Of a stretch of 64,000 nt of DNA, positions 10,898-22,744 are shown piece by piece (position 1 is the stretch's first letter; each line of letters starts with the position of its first letter). This DNA is from Phyllosticta citribraziliensis (lineage: Eukaryota), in NCBI RefSeq assembly GCF_038025025.1, contig NW_027117344.1, forward strand, positions 2,108,001 through 2,172,000, given 5' to 3'. The notes under the pieces are model-generated. The model saw only the letters and a list, made by a program, of their open reading frames with translations. It was not told the DNA's origin and did not search any database. The translations under genes were made by a program, and so were the position numbers.

Positions 10898-12215
10898 ATA
10901 AACGTTTGTGAGGGGCGCTGTATGGTGCGTTAGCGAATGCAAAGGATTATATACCAATAATGGCGACAATGGTTTACTGCACTGCTTTTATGTCGGACAG
11001 CGGAGAGAGGGCAACGTAATTGCAATGCGTTGCTTTGACTGCACAATTCACCACCTAAGCTGATTATTGCATTGAATTGAATTGTATTGCGCCAGTTGAT
11101 TGCGCTGGATCGGTACACCCTCTGGGAGTAAGTTACTAATGTACCTACTTACTCTACATACTTTCCCTGAGGGAAAAGGGTTGCTATTTCCTGTAATTAC
11201 ATACTTCAAAACCCATACATTGCCACGTGCTCTATAAAGACACCCTATTTTTCTCGCCTCTATTCCCTTGTGTAATTGGTGCAAATGGCGCAATGCAATT
11301 TGGCCTACATGACTGACTGGGTTATCCTAACTCAGGAGGTTGACTGCTTGAATTGCGTCCGTGACTCTTTGTAAGCACCCTGGTGTCGTCTGCACACTGG
11401 CAAGAGCAGCAGACGAAGGAGTCATGGCAGTGGTAGCGGCAGAGCTGATTGACAGACATACTGACGTTCGATTCGTTTCAGAAAGCATATGGAGCACTGT
11501 GGAATAGATGGACAGCAGCGAGGTTCAGAACATTTGCAACAAAAAGTCTTACCCCTTTTCAAATAAAACCACGTGCACGTATCGCTCGTGTAATTCACCG
11601 AAAAAAAATTATGCGATTGGGAACCAAGCAGTAAGTCGTCCCGTCTTCAGATGACACGTTCTTTCTCAGAATCAAAAACGATCGAAAAAAAAGGAGGGGG
11701 GAGGAGGCTGCAGAACAGCGAGGAAAAGGGACCGGCTCACTTCGCACCGTAGACGGAGAATTGCCAACGCGCAGCACTTATTTGACAAGTCTTTGTCACA
11801 CAATCTGGGAACAACATCTTTCTTTTGTTGCTCTGCTTGAATTGGGCGGCATGATGAGGAGAAGGAGGGAAAGGGGTGGTTGAGGAGGAAATGTCGTGCC
11901 AGCTGCACACCAACTGCTACTTTCGGCATCACGTGCGCTCTGCACCCAATGGCGAACAACCAACAGTTCGGAAAGTGGTCCGCGTGCTCTGCAATCCGTT
12001 CCACTTGCCCTGCAGCAAAAGCAGCAGCCATCCCCACGAACGCGCTCACATCACGAACCCCTCACCCGCTCCCTCTCCCATCCTCGCAGCACGCCGCTTC
12101 GGTCTAATCAAACGCACCCCCATTGACCCCTGAAATCCACACTTCTCCGCAACCAACGGATACACATCCAGACCCCCCACTGATGGCGCGATAAAGCGAT
12201 GAGAGGGCCCCGCGG

Positions 12216-13447
12216 CTACGTGAAGCCGTTCTTCTCGTCAATATGGCGGTATCGTGCCTGCTCGGCGCGGTTCTTGAGCTCCATGGCAACGCACATGACG
12301 ACGAGAGCATCGACACCTGATCCCGGCACAAAAATCAGTAAACCACCACTAACCACAAACGAAGGGAAAAAAAGCCGCATCGTCTCAAACCCTCTCCGAT
12401 CCAAAAAGGTTTGGTTTGGCAGAGACGAAGAGGAACAAGAGTTGGGTTTTGCACCATACGTACCGACAATGCCAAAGGCGGCCGTGAAGACGACGTCGAG
12501 GTACTGGTTGGCGAAGCTGCTAAACTTGCCGATGCAGCCGCCCTTTACGGCCGCCGTCTGCGCGTCCGGGCAGATGTCGTCTTGGACGAAGGGCGGCGAC
12601 GAGGGGCTGAAGTAGCCGCAGCATTTGAACTGCGATTCAGACAAGGGTTAGCAATGCATTGGTTTGGCGGTGGCGGTTGTTGCGGTCAAAAGATGTGGCG
12701 TCGAGGCTGGTAGATGGAGACGAGAGATGGAAGGGGATATCGGATCATCTGGGGCAAATGGCTAAATTTTGCCATTGAAGCCTGTGGTGCCTTCGGAGAC
12801 TGCTGCAAAGGGGAATTGGGCGAGGTCATGGGTGTAGAAAAGCAATTGATGGACAAGTCGGTGTGATTGATGGTTGGTGTAGGGCGAGCGAGATTTGTCC
12901 GTCCGCAAAAAGCAAAGGGCTTTGTGCGACTGCGGTCGAAGATCAAGCGGGCGGGGACTTGGACGCCAGGAGGCGCTTGTGTTGCGAGAGGAACGGGTAG
13001 GATGCGCGTTGATCGCTCGAGTTGGCAGAGGCAGCCTACCTTTTCTTGCAGCAGATTCTGCGTCGAGGGTTGCTCACTGGCCCAGATCTTTCCCAACAGA
13101 CTGCGGGTGCGCAACGTCTCTATCCAGATGATCAGGCCCACAATCAGGGTAAAGGTTCCAGAGACGACGACGGCCCAGCCGTGGATGCGCAGCCAACCCT
13201 TGTTGGTGCGCAGGAAAAAGGCGGGCAGGACGAAGAGGAACGAGACGAAGATGAAGACGGCATTGACGATGCCGGCGGTCAGTGGCGTGGGCGTCTCCTG
13301 GAGCAGAATGTGCTGGGCAACGTTGCTGATGGTCAAGTCCTTGGACAGGCTCTCTTTGGAGACGACTGAGAAGCCCATGATGAGGCCGCCCGAGACCAGA
13401 AATAGCAATTCGAAGGCGGCAAGGGTGAGGAGGATCTTGTCGGCCAT
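12216..13447 (-). CDS. PLS1: Fungal tetraspanin Pls1; 3 exons
   Basis: MADKILLTLAAFELLFLVSGGLI... with four hydrophobic segments. Introns 13039-12630 and 12463-12317. Large loop has FKCCGY..PPFVQDDICP..GCIGKFSSFAN; C-tail RAEQARYRHIDEKNG. Confidence 0.93.
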
Positions 13448-14446
13448 GATGTCGAGTCGATCGTCCAGCGACCTAGCCTCTGCAGAATATTGAAGGACGT
13501 TGGAAATTAAAATAGACTACAACGAGGAAGGAGAGACAGGGTGCGCCAGCGCTCAGCTGCCGCAGTGACGATGTGGATATTCAGAGGCACGAAGGAGGGG
13601 ATGAGAAGGGAAAGAGACTGAGGAGGGAGCGTGTGGGTGGGCGTCGAGGCAGCACCGGGAGGTGGAATGGGGCGGCAGACGCGGGTGCTGGGGCGCGTCG
13701 GATATGACATGATGGTGAAGTGGTCGTACGCGAGCAGTTTCACGGGCGCGACAAGAGGCAGCGGGTGATTGGGCGGGTGGTGATACAAGTGTCTTGGTGC
13801 GCGGGGGCACGATCTGAGTGGAGAGGAGTGTGCAACGGGCAGGGCTCGCGGGCGTGATCGAATTGCCCGAAGAGGAGCTGGGCGACCGAAAGCGGAGACT
13901 TTTGGGGATTTATCTTGTGCGGTGCAGTTTCAGGGCAATCCGAGAGCGGAAGTGGGTTTCGATAGCGCATGATGAGGATGAGCGATGGCAGTTCTCAGAA
14001 AATTATCAGATGGGCCGACGACTCTGACATCAGCAGGCGGGCAGCTGGCGCCTTCCTGATGGGGCAAGGGGCGGGCGGGGCCGGGTGTCGTCTTGTCGAG
14101 TCGAGTAGAGACCAAAAGTGGCCGGCGTGGAGATGGTTGAAGTGTCGTCGTCGTCTGGAACGCGAGCGACGTAGGAGTAGTCGTGACCATGTGAAACCAT
14201 GTCCTGGCCTTCGCTGCCGGGATGAGGGCCGGTCCCCCTCGGCTTTTCATCGGCGCCGGCCAGAGTCAGCTGACCGCGGGTGCAGCTGTGCCTAAAGAGG
14301 CCCCCTCGCCGCCTTCCGTCTCGGGCAGAAACTAAACCTCTTTTTCCTCCGCCGGCTAGTCCCCAACCGGCCACTTTGCTGCAAACCCACCAAGACTGAG
14401 GTAAGTCACAGGCTAGCCTCATCACTCGATCCCACCCGATCCCACA

Positions 14447-14484
14447 GCTCTGCTCTGCTCTGCTCTGCTCTGCTCTGCTCTGCT
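14447..14484. repeat. (GCTCT)n pentanucleotide microsatellite, about 7 copies
   Basis: Direct reading; PLS1-MCM1 intergenic region. Confidence 0.9.
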
Positions 14485-14902
14485 TTGCTGCAACACCACC
14501 ACCACCGCCGCCGCCCATGAGGCACCGCCCGCCCGTCGTCCCTCCAGTCCGCGCGTCGCTCTGATCGGCGGGCTACTCGCAACCCTCCAATTACAGCGCC
14601 GCGCACCTGGCCTGGGGCTTGCTGGGCCTTTGGCTGACCGTGGCTCGCCCGTCCAGGATCGTCTTCTGCGCCGCCGACTGGCTCGCCCAGCGCCCTCCTT
14701 CTCCACACTCGTCCACAAGAAACGAATACAGCCCTCCGTCCGGCTTTTCCCAATCCCAAACCTGCCCTTTTCCTCTTCAGTCAGAGACAAACTTTGCTCC
14801 GCTAAAGCCAAATCGAAAAGGTACAGTGCCATCCATCTCTCCACCCATTCCACCACCGCCTCTGTGCGACCCCCGCCCCAGTCTCGACGTAAGCCGAAAC
14901 CA

Positions 14903-14929
14903 GCCTGCCTGCCTGCCTGCCTGCCTGCC
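14903..14929. repeat. (GCCT)n microsatellite, about 6.5 copies
   Basis: Direct reading; upstream of MCM1. Confidence 0.9.
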
Positions 14930-15211
14930 AGCCCAGATGCATTCCCTTGCTTGCTTGCCTCACCCGCCACCGCACCGCACCGCTCTCCGCCCCGTCCCGT
15001 CCACCACACTGTCATCCGTAACTGAACATTGCTTTAGGCTTGGTCCCAGACGCCCTAAGCCAAATCAAACCTTTTTTCTACCGACTGTCCTCCCTCGGTC
15101 GCCGACGCCCTGTCCACCCGTTTCCTTCCAAACAGGAAACCCCAATACAGTATACCCAAACCGTCGCCACCCTCCCACTAGCCCACAACCACCACCCCCC
15201 GACAGCCCCAA

Positions 15212-16071
15212 ATGGCCTCCGAAATTACCGACCAGGAGCAGCAGCAGTCGCCTTCGCAGCAGGACGACGTCAACAACGGCAACGGCCAGCTCCAGCAGCC
15301 AGACGCCAACCGGGGCACCAAGCGCGCGCGCCCCGCCGCCGACGACGATGATGACGACGACGACAAGCCCGGTCGCGAGCGCAGAAAGATTGAAATCAAG
15401 TTCATTCAGGACAAGTCGCGTCGCCACATTACCTTCTCCAAGCGCAAGGCAGGCATCATGAAAAAGGTACCTCGTCACTCCCAGAAACAAGCTCTCGAGC
15501 TTTGACCGTCGCGCATCGCCCGCAAACACGCGCCACACCGCGTCGCATCGTCCAACTTCAAGCTAACACTGACTTCTCCCAGGCCTACGAGCTTTCCGTC
15601 CTCACCGGCACCCAAGTCCTGCTCCTCGTCGTCTCCGAGACCGGTCTCGTCTACACCTTTACCACTCCCAAGCTGCAACCTCTCGTCACCAAGCCCGAGG
15701 GCAAGAATCTCATCCAGGTACGCGTCGCGCGCGCGCGCATACATCCTCTTTCGGTCGCGCTTAAAATCGCTAACACTCTCAAGGCCTGCTTGAACGCGCC
15801 CGAGCCTGCCACCAACGAAAACGGTGTCGACGGCGACAATGCCGTCGAGTCGACCGAGGACCAGCACAGCCAAGTCCCGAGAGGCGCACCGGGAATGCCC
15901 CCTGCGCCTGGAATGCCTGGCGGCTACATGACCCCCGAGCAGGCCCAGGCAATGCAGTACCAAAACTACCTGCAGCAGCAGTCGCACGCAAATGCCCAGT
16001 ACCCCATGCCGCCCCAAGCAGGCATGCCCAGGCACCCTCAGCAATACCCGGCCGACCAGAAGCTGGCGTAG
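15212..16071 (+). CDS. MCM1: SRF-type MADS-box transcription factor Mcm1; 3 exons
   Basis: ERRKIEIKFIQDKSRRHITFSKRKAGIMKK|AYELSVLTGTQVLLLVVSETGLVYTFTTPKLQPLVTKPEGKNLIQ|ACLNAP. Introns 15467-15582 and 15718-15783 (AAG acceptor). Q/P/M-rich C-terminus. Confidence 0.97.
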
Positions 16072-16344
16072 TGCGCTGCCATCTCTGGAATTTGCTGGTT
16101 TACAAAAGGAAAATCGATACCCCAATCCCAGTATGAAAGACTAATCGAGGCGCCTCACGTTGCCCACTCGTATATACCGGGAATGTGTCTGCTCTCAATC
16201 ACTGGGAAACTGAGCTGGGTGGTGGCTTGATTTGGTGTCGGAAGGAGTTTTTTTCCAGGTTTCTGGGAGCGCTGAGTGGGTTGCAAACTTGCTGGCTTGA
16301 GGTTCCCCGACTCTTCTCTTACTCCGCCGCTGCTGCTCTTTTCC

Positions 16345-16348
<4 letters not shown>

Positions 16349-16375
<27 letters not shown>
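16349..16375. repeat. poly(T)27 tract
   Basis: Direct reading; MCM1 3' flank. Confidence 0.9.
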
Positions 16376-16900
16376 CTGTTGTTGTTGTTTGCTCTCCTTG
16401 CACACCCAATGATCAACCCCTACCCCTCACCCCACTCTTCTCTTTCTCTCTCTTCACTTCGACGACTTTCGTTGCCAGGGCCCTTCCCACGGGTTCGGGA
16501 GGGCGGCACTAAAAGCCTTTTTTTCTTTTTCTCTTGATTGCATCGACCGTCATGGTTGTTCCCGTACCACGTCGTCGCAGAGTCTGCTCCCAGCATGTCG
16601 TCTTTGCATGGCCCCTCGACTTCTCCTGGCCACGGCTCATTCGTCTCGGCGCCTTTGCGGGGGCATCTCGAGAGGTGTGTGGGGTTGCGGGGGCGCAAGT
16701 GGAGATTCTGGCCACGGCGGTCCACCACTCAACAATGGCATCGGGAGCAGGGCATGGCGGGTAGACGGAGGGGAGCGTCGGACGCAAAGCGTGCAGCAGT
16801 AGTTATCTAATCTTGTCGGCGGGCGATGATGGCGAAAGCATGAGGCCTAAGGTGGCCGGGAAGCGAAGCGAACCGACTCCTCTATGAATTGACGGACATC

Positions 16901-16930
16901 GGATGGATGGATGGATGGATGGCTGGATGG
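16901..16930. repeat. (GGAT)n microsatellite
   Basis: Direct reading. Confidence 0.85.
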
Positions 16931-17435
16931 GCCTTTTTGATTGATGGATGAGACGGTTGACTGATTGAAATTTACCCCGATCGATTGATGGAATGGAACC
17001 ATGTGGTTACTGATTGACTTGATGTGTTTGATGGTGATGCTTGATGAGTGTCTGGTCTAATATCAAAGGCTGGTTTGGTGTGATATATGTGTAGTCACCG
17101 TAGTCAGCCGTCTTATACTACTCTATTCACCAATGGCAGATGTTGTGGGTTGAAGGAGAAACGAAGGAGAATCACAATGCCTGAAAAAGGACGGAAGGTA
17201 CGTACTACAAAAACAACAGACGAGGAGACTCAGTTCAATTGGTATACGCAATGTTGATTTCTCCGCCTATTTTACTGGCTCCCCACAGGAAAACAGACAC
17301 AAGACTACCATCCCGAACTACTCTTTGTGCTGGGTCCAACTAAGCATCTGTCTACCGGTACCCACTTACCTACTACCTAGCCTACTTAACCATGATCACC
17401 ATCCAGATGCTCACATCGCACATCCAACAGCCCCA

Positions 17436-17437
<2 letters not shown>

Positions 17438-17475
<38 letters not shown>
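17438..17475. repeat. (CGT)n trinucleotide microsatellite, about 12 copies
   Basis: Direct reading. Confidence 0.9.
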
Positions 17476-17476
<1 letters not shown>

Positions 17477-18506
17477 AGAACAGGAAAGAAGAACAAGAAA
17501 GCACCATGCTTGTTGCATGCATGCAGGGGTGTGCCTAGTCCCAGCACCCCATCCATCTACGCGTCTCCACACCTCCCTCGTCCGCCGCCGTCCTTTAGGC
17601 GTCGCGAGCGAGCGAGGATGCGTGCGTGCGTGGGAGTGGAACCGTGGGTCTGGGCTTGTTTTTCTCTCCCACGTAGTAGTTCTTTTCTTTTGTTCGGCTG
17701 GCTGGCTGGGCAAGTGAGGTGGATGGTGTTTGCGATGCTTGGATTCTTGCCTTAGCTCCCTCCCCCCCCCCCCTCTTCCGCGTGGCGTGAGAGGAAGCGT
17801 GTGTTGCAAACACCGCCGTCGTCGTCATGGTCGCTCTAGAAACAGAGCTGAGAGGATAAGACAGGTACATAGGTGGTGGACAGACGACAACGAAATCCAG
17901 CTCGTGGTGCTCGGCGTTGCGAGCGGGAACGAGGAATGAATGCAACGGCCTCCGGTTGCCATGAGTGCGTTTCTCGGTGCTGCTTGTGTTTTGCCAACAA
18001 AACCCACCCACCTCAGGTCAGCCCAGCGTTCCAGTACATAACACTCGTCGGCTACCCGACTGCTGCTGCTCTTCGCGATGCGATGCGATGCCGACCAGAG
18101 TGTGGCGCGCGCGCGCGCAAGCACGCGTCGTGCCGGACCACCACCCGACCAGACGAGCCGAAGGAAGGGAGGGAGGGAAAAAATAGCAACAAAAGCTTGG
18201 GGTCTGCTCCATTACTTTTGCGTGCCCGGTGGCGCAGGCAGGGCAGGCAAAGTGACCGGCTCCGTCTGCTCGTCTCATTTCCATGTTATTGATTGAGGCC
18301 CGGCATCTCGCTTGGTGGTGATGGATGGTCGACTTTGCCTCTCTCTTACTCACAACTCCCCCACTGCGCCGCGACGAAGGCCTCGATTCACGCCGCATGC
18401 ACGCACGCACGCACGAGGCCGGCCGGCTAGTTTCTCTCTTCAGGCCCCGACGCGAGGCTTCTGATGACAGACGGAGAGACGGAGAGATTGTGTGAGCGGT
18501 GCTGCC

Positions 18507-18529
18507 GCTGCTGCTGCTGCTGCTGCTGC
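18507..18529. repeat. (GCT)n microsatellite, about 7 copies
   Basis: Direct reading. Confidence 0.85.
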
Positions 18530-19021
18530 CGTGCCTCGTCATCAGCAGACAGCCCTCTCGTATAGCAATATAGCGATATGGGGACCATCCCCGCCTCAGG
18601 CCTCTAGTCTCCGCCGCTCTGCTCATTTCCAAGGGCCCGCGGGCCCCAGCCCAGCTCCCCACCTACCTAACATACCTTGGCTACCTCTCTGCCTACCAAG
18701 GCCCTCACGTGCGCAAACACGGACGACTGGGTAGGGACGGGAGGTGGAGACCGGAGAGCAGCAACGGCAGCTGACACAATGCTGATTGATCAATCATGGC
18801 GGCCAGACCAACGGCGAGCGGCCGTGGAGCAGCAGTGCGCCGAGTGATGAGAGAGCGAGCAAAAGAGAAAAAAGGTGGGTGCCGCGGCGGGCCAGCCAGC
18901 CAGCCAGGCCCACGCGGTGCTCAGTGGAGGGATTCGTTTACCCCAACAGGAAGCGTTGCCTATCAGTGCGGTGCGCACACGACTAAGGGCGACCCGCGAA
19001 ACCGACAGGGAATGGTGTGCT

Positions 19022-19156
19022 TGCGTGCGTGCGTGCGTGCGTGCGTGCGGCGCGGGGTCGAACGAACAAACGAACAAGCGGACGACCACGATGCGATGCG
19101 ATGAAATTGATGCCATGAGGTGAGTGGGTGGATGGATGGATGGATGGATGGATGGA
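19022..19156. repeat. Compound SSR cluster: (TGCG)n at about 19022-19049 and (GGAT)n at about 19130-19156
   Basis: Direct reading. Confidence 0.85.
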
Positions 19157-20718
19157 GGCCTGGCTGCCACATTCGGTTGGCTCGTTTGTTGTGGTTGTGA
19201 GAAAGGATGGGTAGACCGTCAGCCTGGCGACAGCCAAACAGACGGCCGAGATGCACCAGCACTGCAGCGAGTGAATTCTGCCAATTCGTGCGGGCCGCAC
19301 GCCTTCGTTCTTGTCTCATTTCTTGTGGTCTCGAGGCAATGCTGCTGACGGAACTCGGTCAGCAAGCAAGCAGTCGACAGCTCGTCTCGAGGACGCGGGA
19401 GCCGACGAGCACGATGGAGGGCGTGGGAGGTTTCGCTTCCTGGCTGGCTGTGCGATAGCGGGCGCTGCTGATAAGCCTGACTTTTTACCCTCTGCAGTTA
19501 TCAAACTGAACCTTGTGACACCTCGAAGCCGCCTGCGGTGGCTCTTGCATCTTCTGCTGCTGTCACGCGTCGGCCGTCGAAGTTGCTGACGAACGCCTCT
19601 CGTCGCCCGTCAAGAGTCCTCAGGCCGTGTCGGAGATATTGTAGAGAGGAAGCCCAAATATTTTCCCCCCTTCGACGTGGCCGGAGCAAGTATAAATCCT
19701 CCATGGCTACCGGACCGCAACCACGTGCGAGAGACCTGGCCAACCTACACGCGTTTCCCAAACAGGAAAACAAGTCCTCACTCAGACCGTTCCCAGCCTC
19801 AAGCTTTGGAGCGTCGACCTTGATCCCAGAAGCTATCAAGGTGTCGTGACGATCACTAAACCGCAGCGTGGTGCCGCTGCCCTTTCTTTCATTACAAAGC
19901 GCGCGAGGTGGTGAGGAAAGAAGCAGGAGATAAAAGGGCTGACGACGTAGGACGCAGCTGCACTTCAATCTCTCTGTACTGCTCAACTCCGAGTTGGCGT
20001 TACAAAGGACCAACCGCTAGACCGTTGGCAGATCAGATCTGCTGCTGCTGCTCTCTAGTCGCATCCCAGCCTATCCCTGCCTATCGCCGCCATCGTCTTG
20101 CCGTTCTGCGCAACGTGGGAAAGTAACAGTATCACCAATGCTTGCCTGCCGGGCCCCAGCATCACTATCATACCGTACCGACGGGCGTCGACCACTGCGT
20201 GTGCTTGAGACGTGATTGCTCAGAGATAGAAGGCGGTCCCCTTTTGTTTCGTTGCGGGCCCTCTCCCTGGCCCGGCCCTAGCTGGCTGAGATACTTGCTT
20301 GTTCCTTTTATGTCGCGCGTCACGGCTTCTTTTTTGGCTCAAGGCGGATGGCGGGGTTATCGAAATGGCACCGCGTTTTCTGACCGTTTAGATCCAGAGC
20401 CTCTCCACCCGCGGGGCTATTGCTACATGCTTTATATCAACGTCGGTTGTGCAGAGATTCCGTCTAGAGAAACGTCTCCTTTTCATTTCCCCCCCGGATA
20501 GACTGCTACGAGTTGCCAACGTCGCTGTGTCTTGCTTGTCAGTTCTGGCCCACCTCCTGCGGTCGAATCGGATACATCACCACGGAATCTTTTCGACACT
20601 CTGGCTTGACTTGATTGGCTACATGTATCTTTGACGGCAGACACCGCCGGCATCTGATTCCACACCAGAACAGACTTGGAATAAGACAAGTGATTGGAAA
20701 AGAGCTCGGAACGTCGCC

Positions 20719-22411
20719 ATGGGCGAAATCAAAGAATCACCAACGGCACGGCCGCCGTCGTTCGAAAAGGGCTCCGTCCTCGACGCCGACGCGGCCAAGC
20801 TGGCCGAAATGGGTTACACGCAGGACATGCAGCGACACTTCTCTGTGTGGAGCGTGCTCGGGGTGGGCTTCTCGGTGACCAACTCGTGGTTCGGCATCTC
20901 GGCAGGCCTGGTGACGGGCATCAATTCGGGCGGGCCGGTCCTCATCATATACGGCATCATTATCATTTGCTTTGTCTCTATATGCGTCGGCATCTCGCTG
21001 TCGGAGCTGGCCAGCGCCATGCCAAACTCTGGGGGCCAGTACTTTTGGGCGAATGAGCTGGCGCCCAAGAAGTATGCCAACTTTGCCTCGTACCTGACGG
21101 GCTGGTTTGCGTGGGCTGGTGCTATGTTTACCAGTGCGAGCATTGCCTTGGCCGACGCGACTGCGCTCGTTGGCTGCTGGCAGCTCGCTCATCCGGACTT
21201 GTAAGGAGTCGTGCCCCCTTAATGACGCAACAAACACTGACGAATACCCGCACAGCGAAGTCAAGAGCTGGCATGTCTTCGTCGCGTACCAGGTTGTCAA
21301 CATCTTCTGCTTCTTCTTCAACTGCATCGGCAAGATCGTGCCGACTGTGGCCAGCGTCTCGCTCTACACGTCTCTGGTCTCCTTCTTCGTCCTCATGGTA
21401 GCCGTGCCGGCCAAAGCACCAACGCACCAGGACGCCAAGTTCGTCTTTGCCACCTTCATCAACAACACGGGCTGGTCGCAGAACGGAATTGCTTTCATCG
21501 TCGGCCTGGTAAACACCAACTGGGCGTTTGCGTGCCTCGACTGCGCGACGCACCTGTCGGAGGAGGTAGCGCGCCCCGAACGCATGATCCCCATCGCTAT
21601 TATGGGAACTGTGGCCATCGGTTTCGTGACGAGCTGGTTCTATGCCATTTCCATGTTCTTTAGCATTGTGGGACCGTTCCAAGACCTGGTCGAAACGTCA
21701 ACGGGCGTGCCGATCCTCGAGCTCTTCTACGCGGCGCTGGGCTCCAAGGGTGGCGCCATCGTGCTCGAGGCCTTCATCATCGCGACGGGCATCGGCTGCC
21801 TCATTGCCAGCCACACGTGGCAGAGCCGGCTGTGCTGGAGCTTCGCGCGGGACCGCGGAGTCCCCGGGCACGCCTATCTGAGCAAAGTGCACCCGACGCT
21901 GGACGTGCCGCTCAACGCGCATCTCCTGAGCTGCGTCATCGTGGCCGCCGTCGGCTGCCTGTACCTGGGCTCGTACACGGCCTTCAACAGCATGGTCGCC
22001 GCCTGCATCGTCCTGCTGTACGTCTCGTACGCCATCCCTATCGTCTGCCTGCTCGTCCGCGGCCGCGACAACATCCCCCACGGCCCCTTTTGGCTTGGCC
22101 CCATTGGCCTCTTTTCAAACTTCGTCTTGCTGGCTTACACCGGCTTTACCCTCATCATGTTTTCTTTCCCTTACAGCATGCCCGTCGCTCCGAGCAACAT
22201 GAACTACGTCTGTGCTGTGTACGGCGTCATCGTCGCCATCATTGCCGTCGACTGGCTCGCCCGCGGCCGCCGCAAGTACCGCGGCCAGGAGGTGCGCAAG
22301 GGCGAGGTCGACATGGTCGTCGAGCGCGTCGTGGGGCACACTCAACACCACGGCCACGAAACGACGTCGACGAGCGTGGCGCCAAAGGATGAGAATGGGA
22401 CCGTGGCTTGA
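20719..22411 (+). CDS. HNM1: APC-superfamily amino acid/choline transporter (Hnm1-like); 2 exons
   Basis: LAEMGYTQDMQRHFS, TNSWFGISAGLVTGINSGGP, SLSELASAMPNSGGQYFW, FACLDCATHLSEE and HTWQSRLCWSFARD; about 12 TM segments; intron 21201-21255. Substrate assignment is by family resemblance only. Confidence 0.88.
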
Positions 22412-22744
22412 GAACGGCGCGTCGTTGGAGTTGTATTGTATTTGCACTTGTCTTGTTTGAGATATCCCAGGCGGCTGTCGGTCGGTCAGTCTATCGTTCC
22501 GTTAATGATTTGCCAAATCTTACTGTTTTCGCCATGTTTCCCAGTGCTCCGTGTCCATGTGCACGCTTCTAGAAGTCTAGTCAGCGGGTATTTACGATAT
22601 GGCAACGTTTCGAACCAACCGGGTGCTGCTAGAAGAAGGCGCCCAGGTTTCCGATTCGGACCCGAAGGGCACGCACCGGCATGATATTAGAGGCAGGAGT
22701 ACAACATGCAATTGTTTGAGCTGTCCTGCGTCTGCTTCGGAGTC

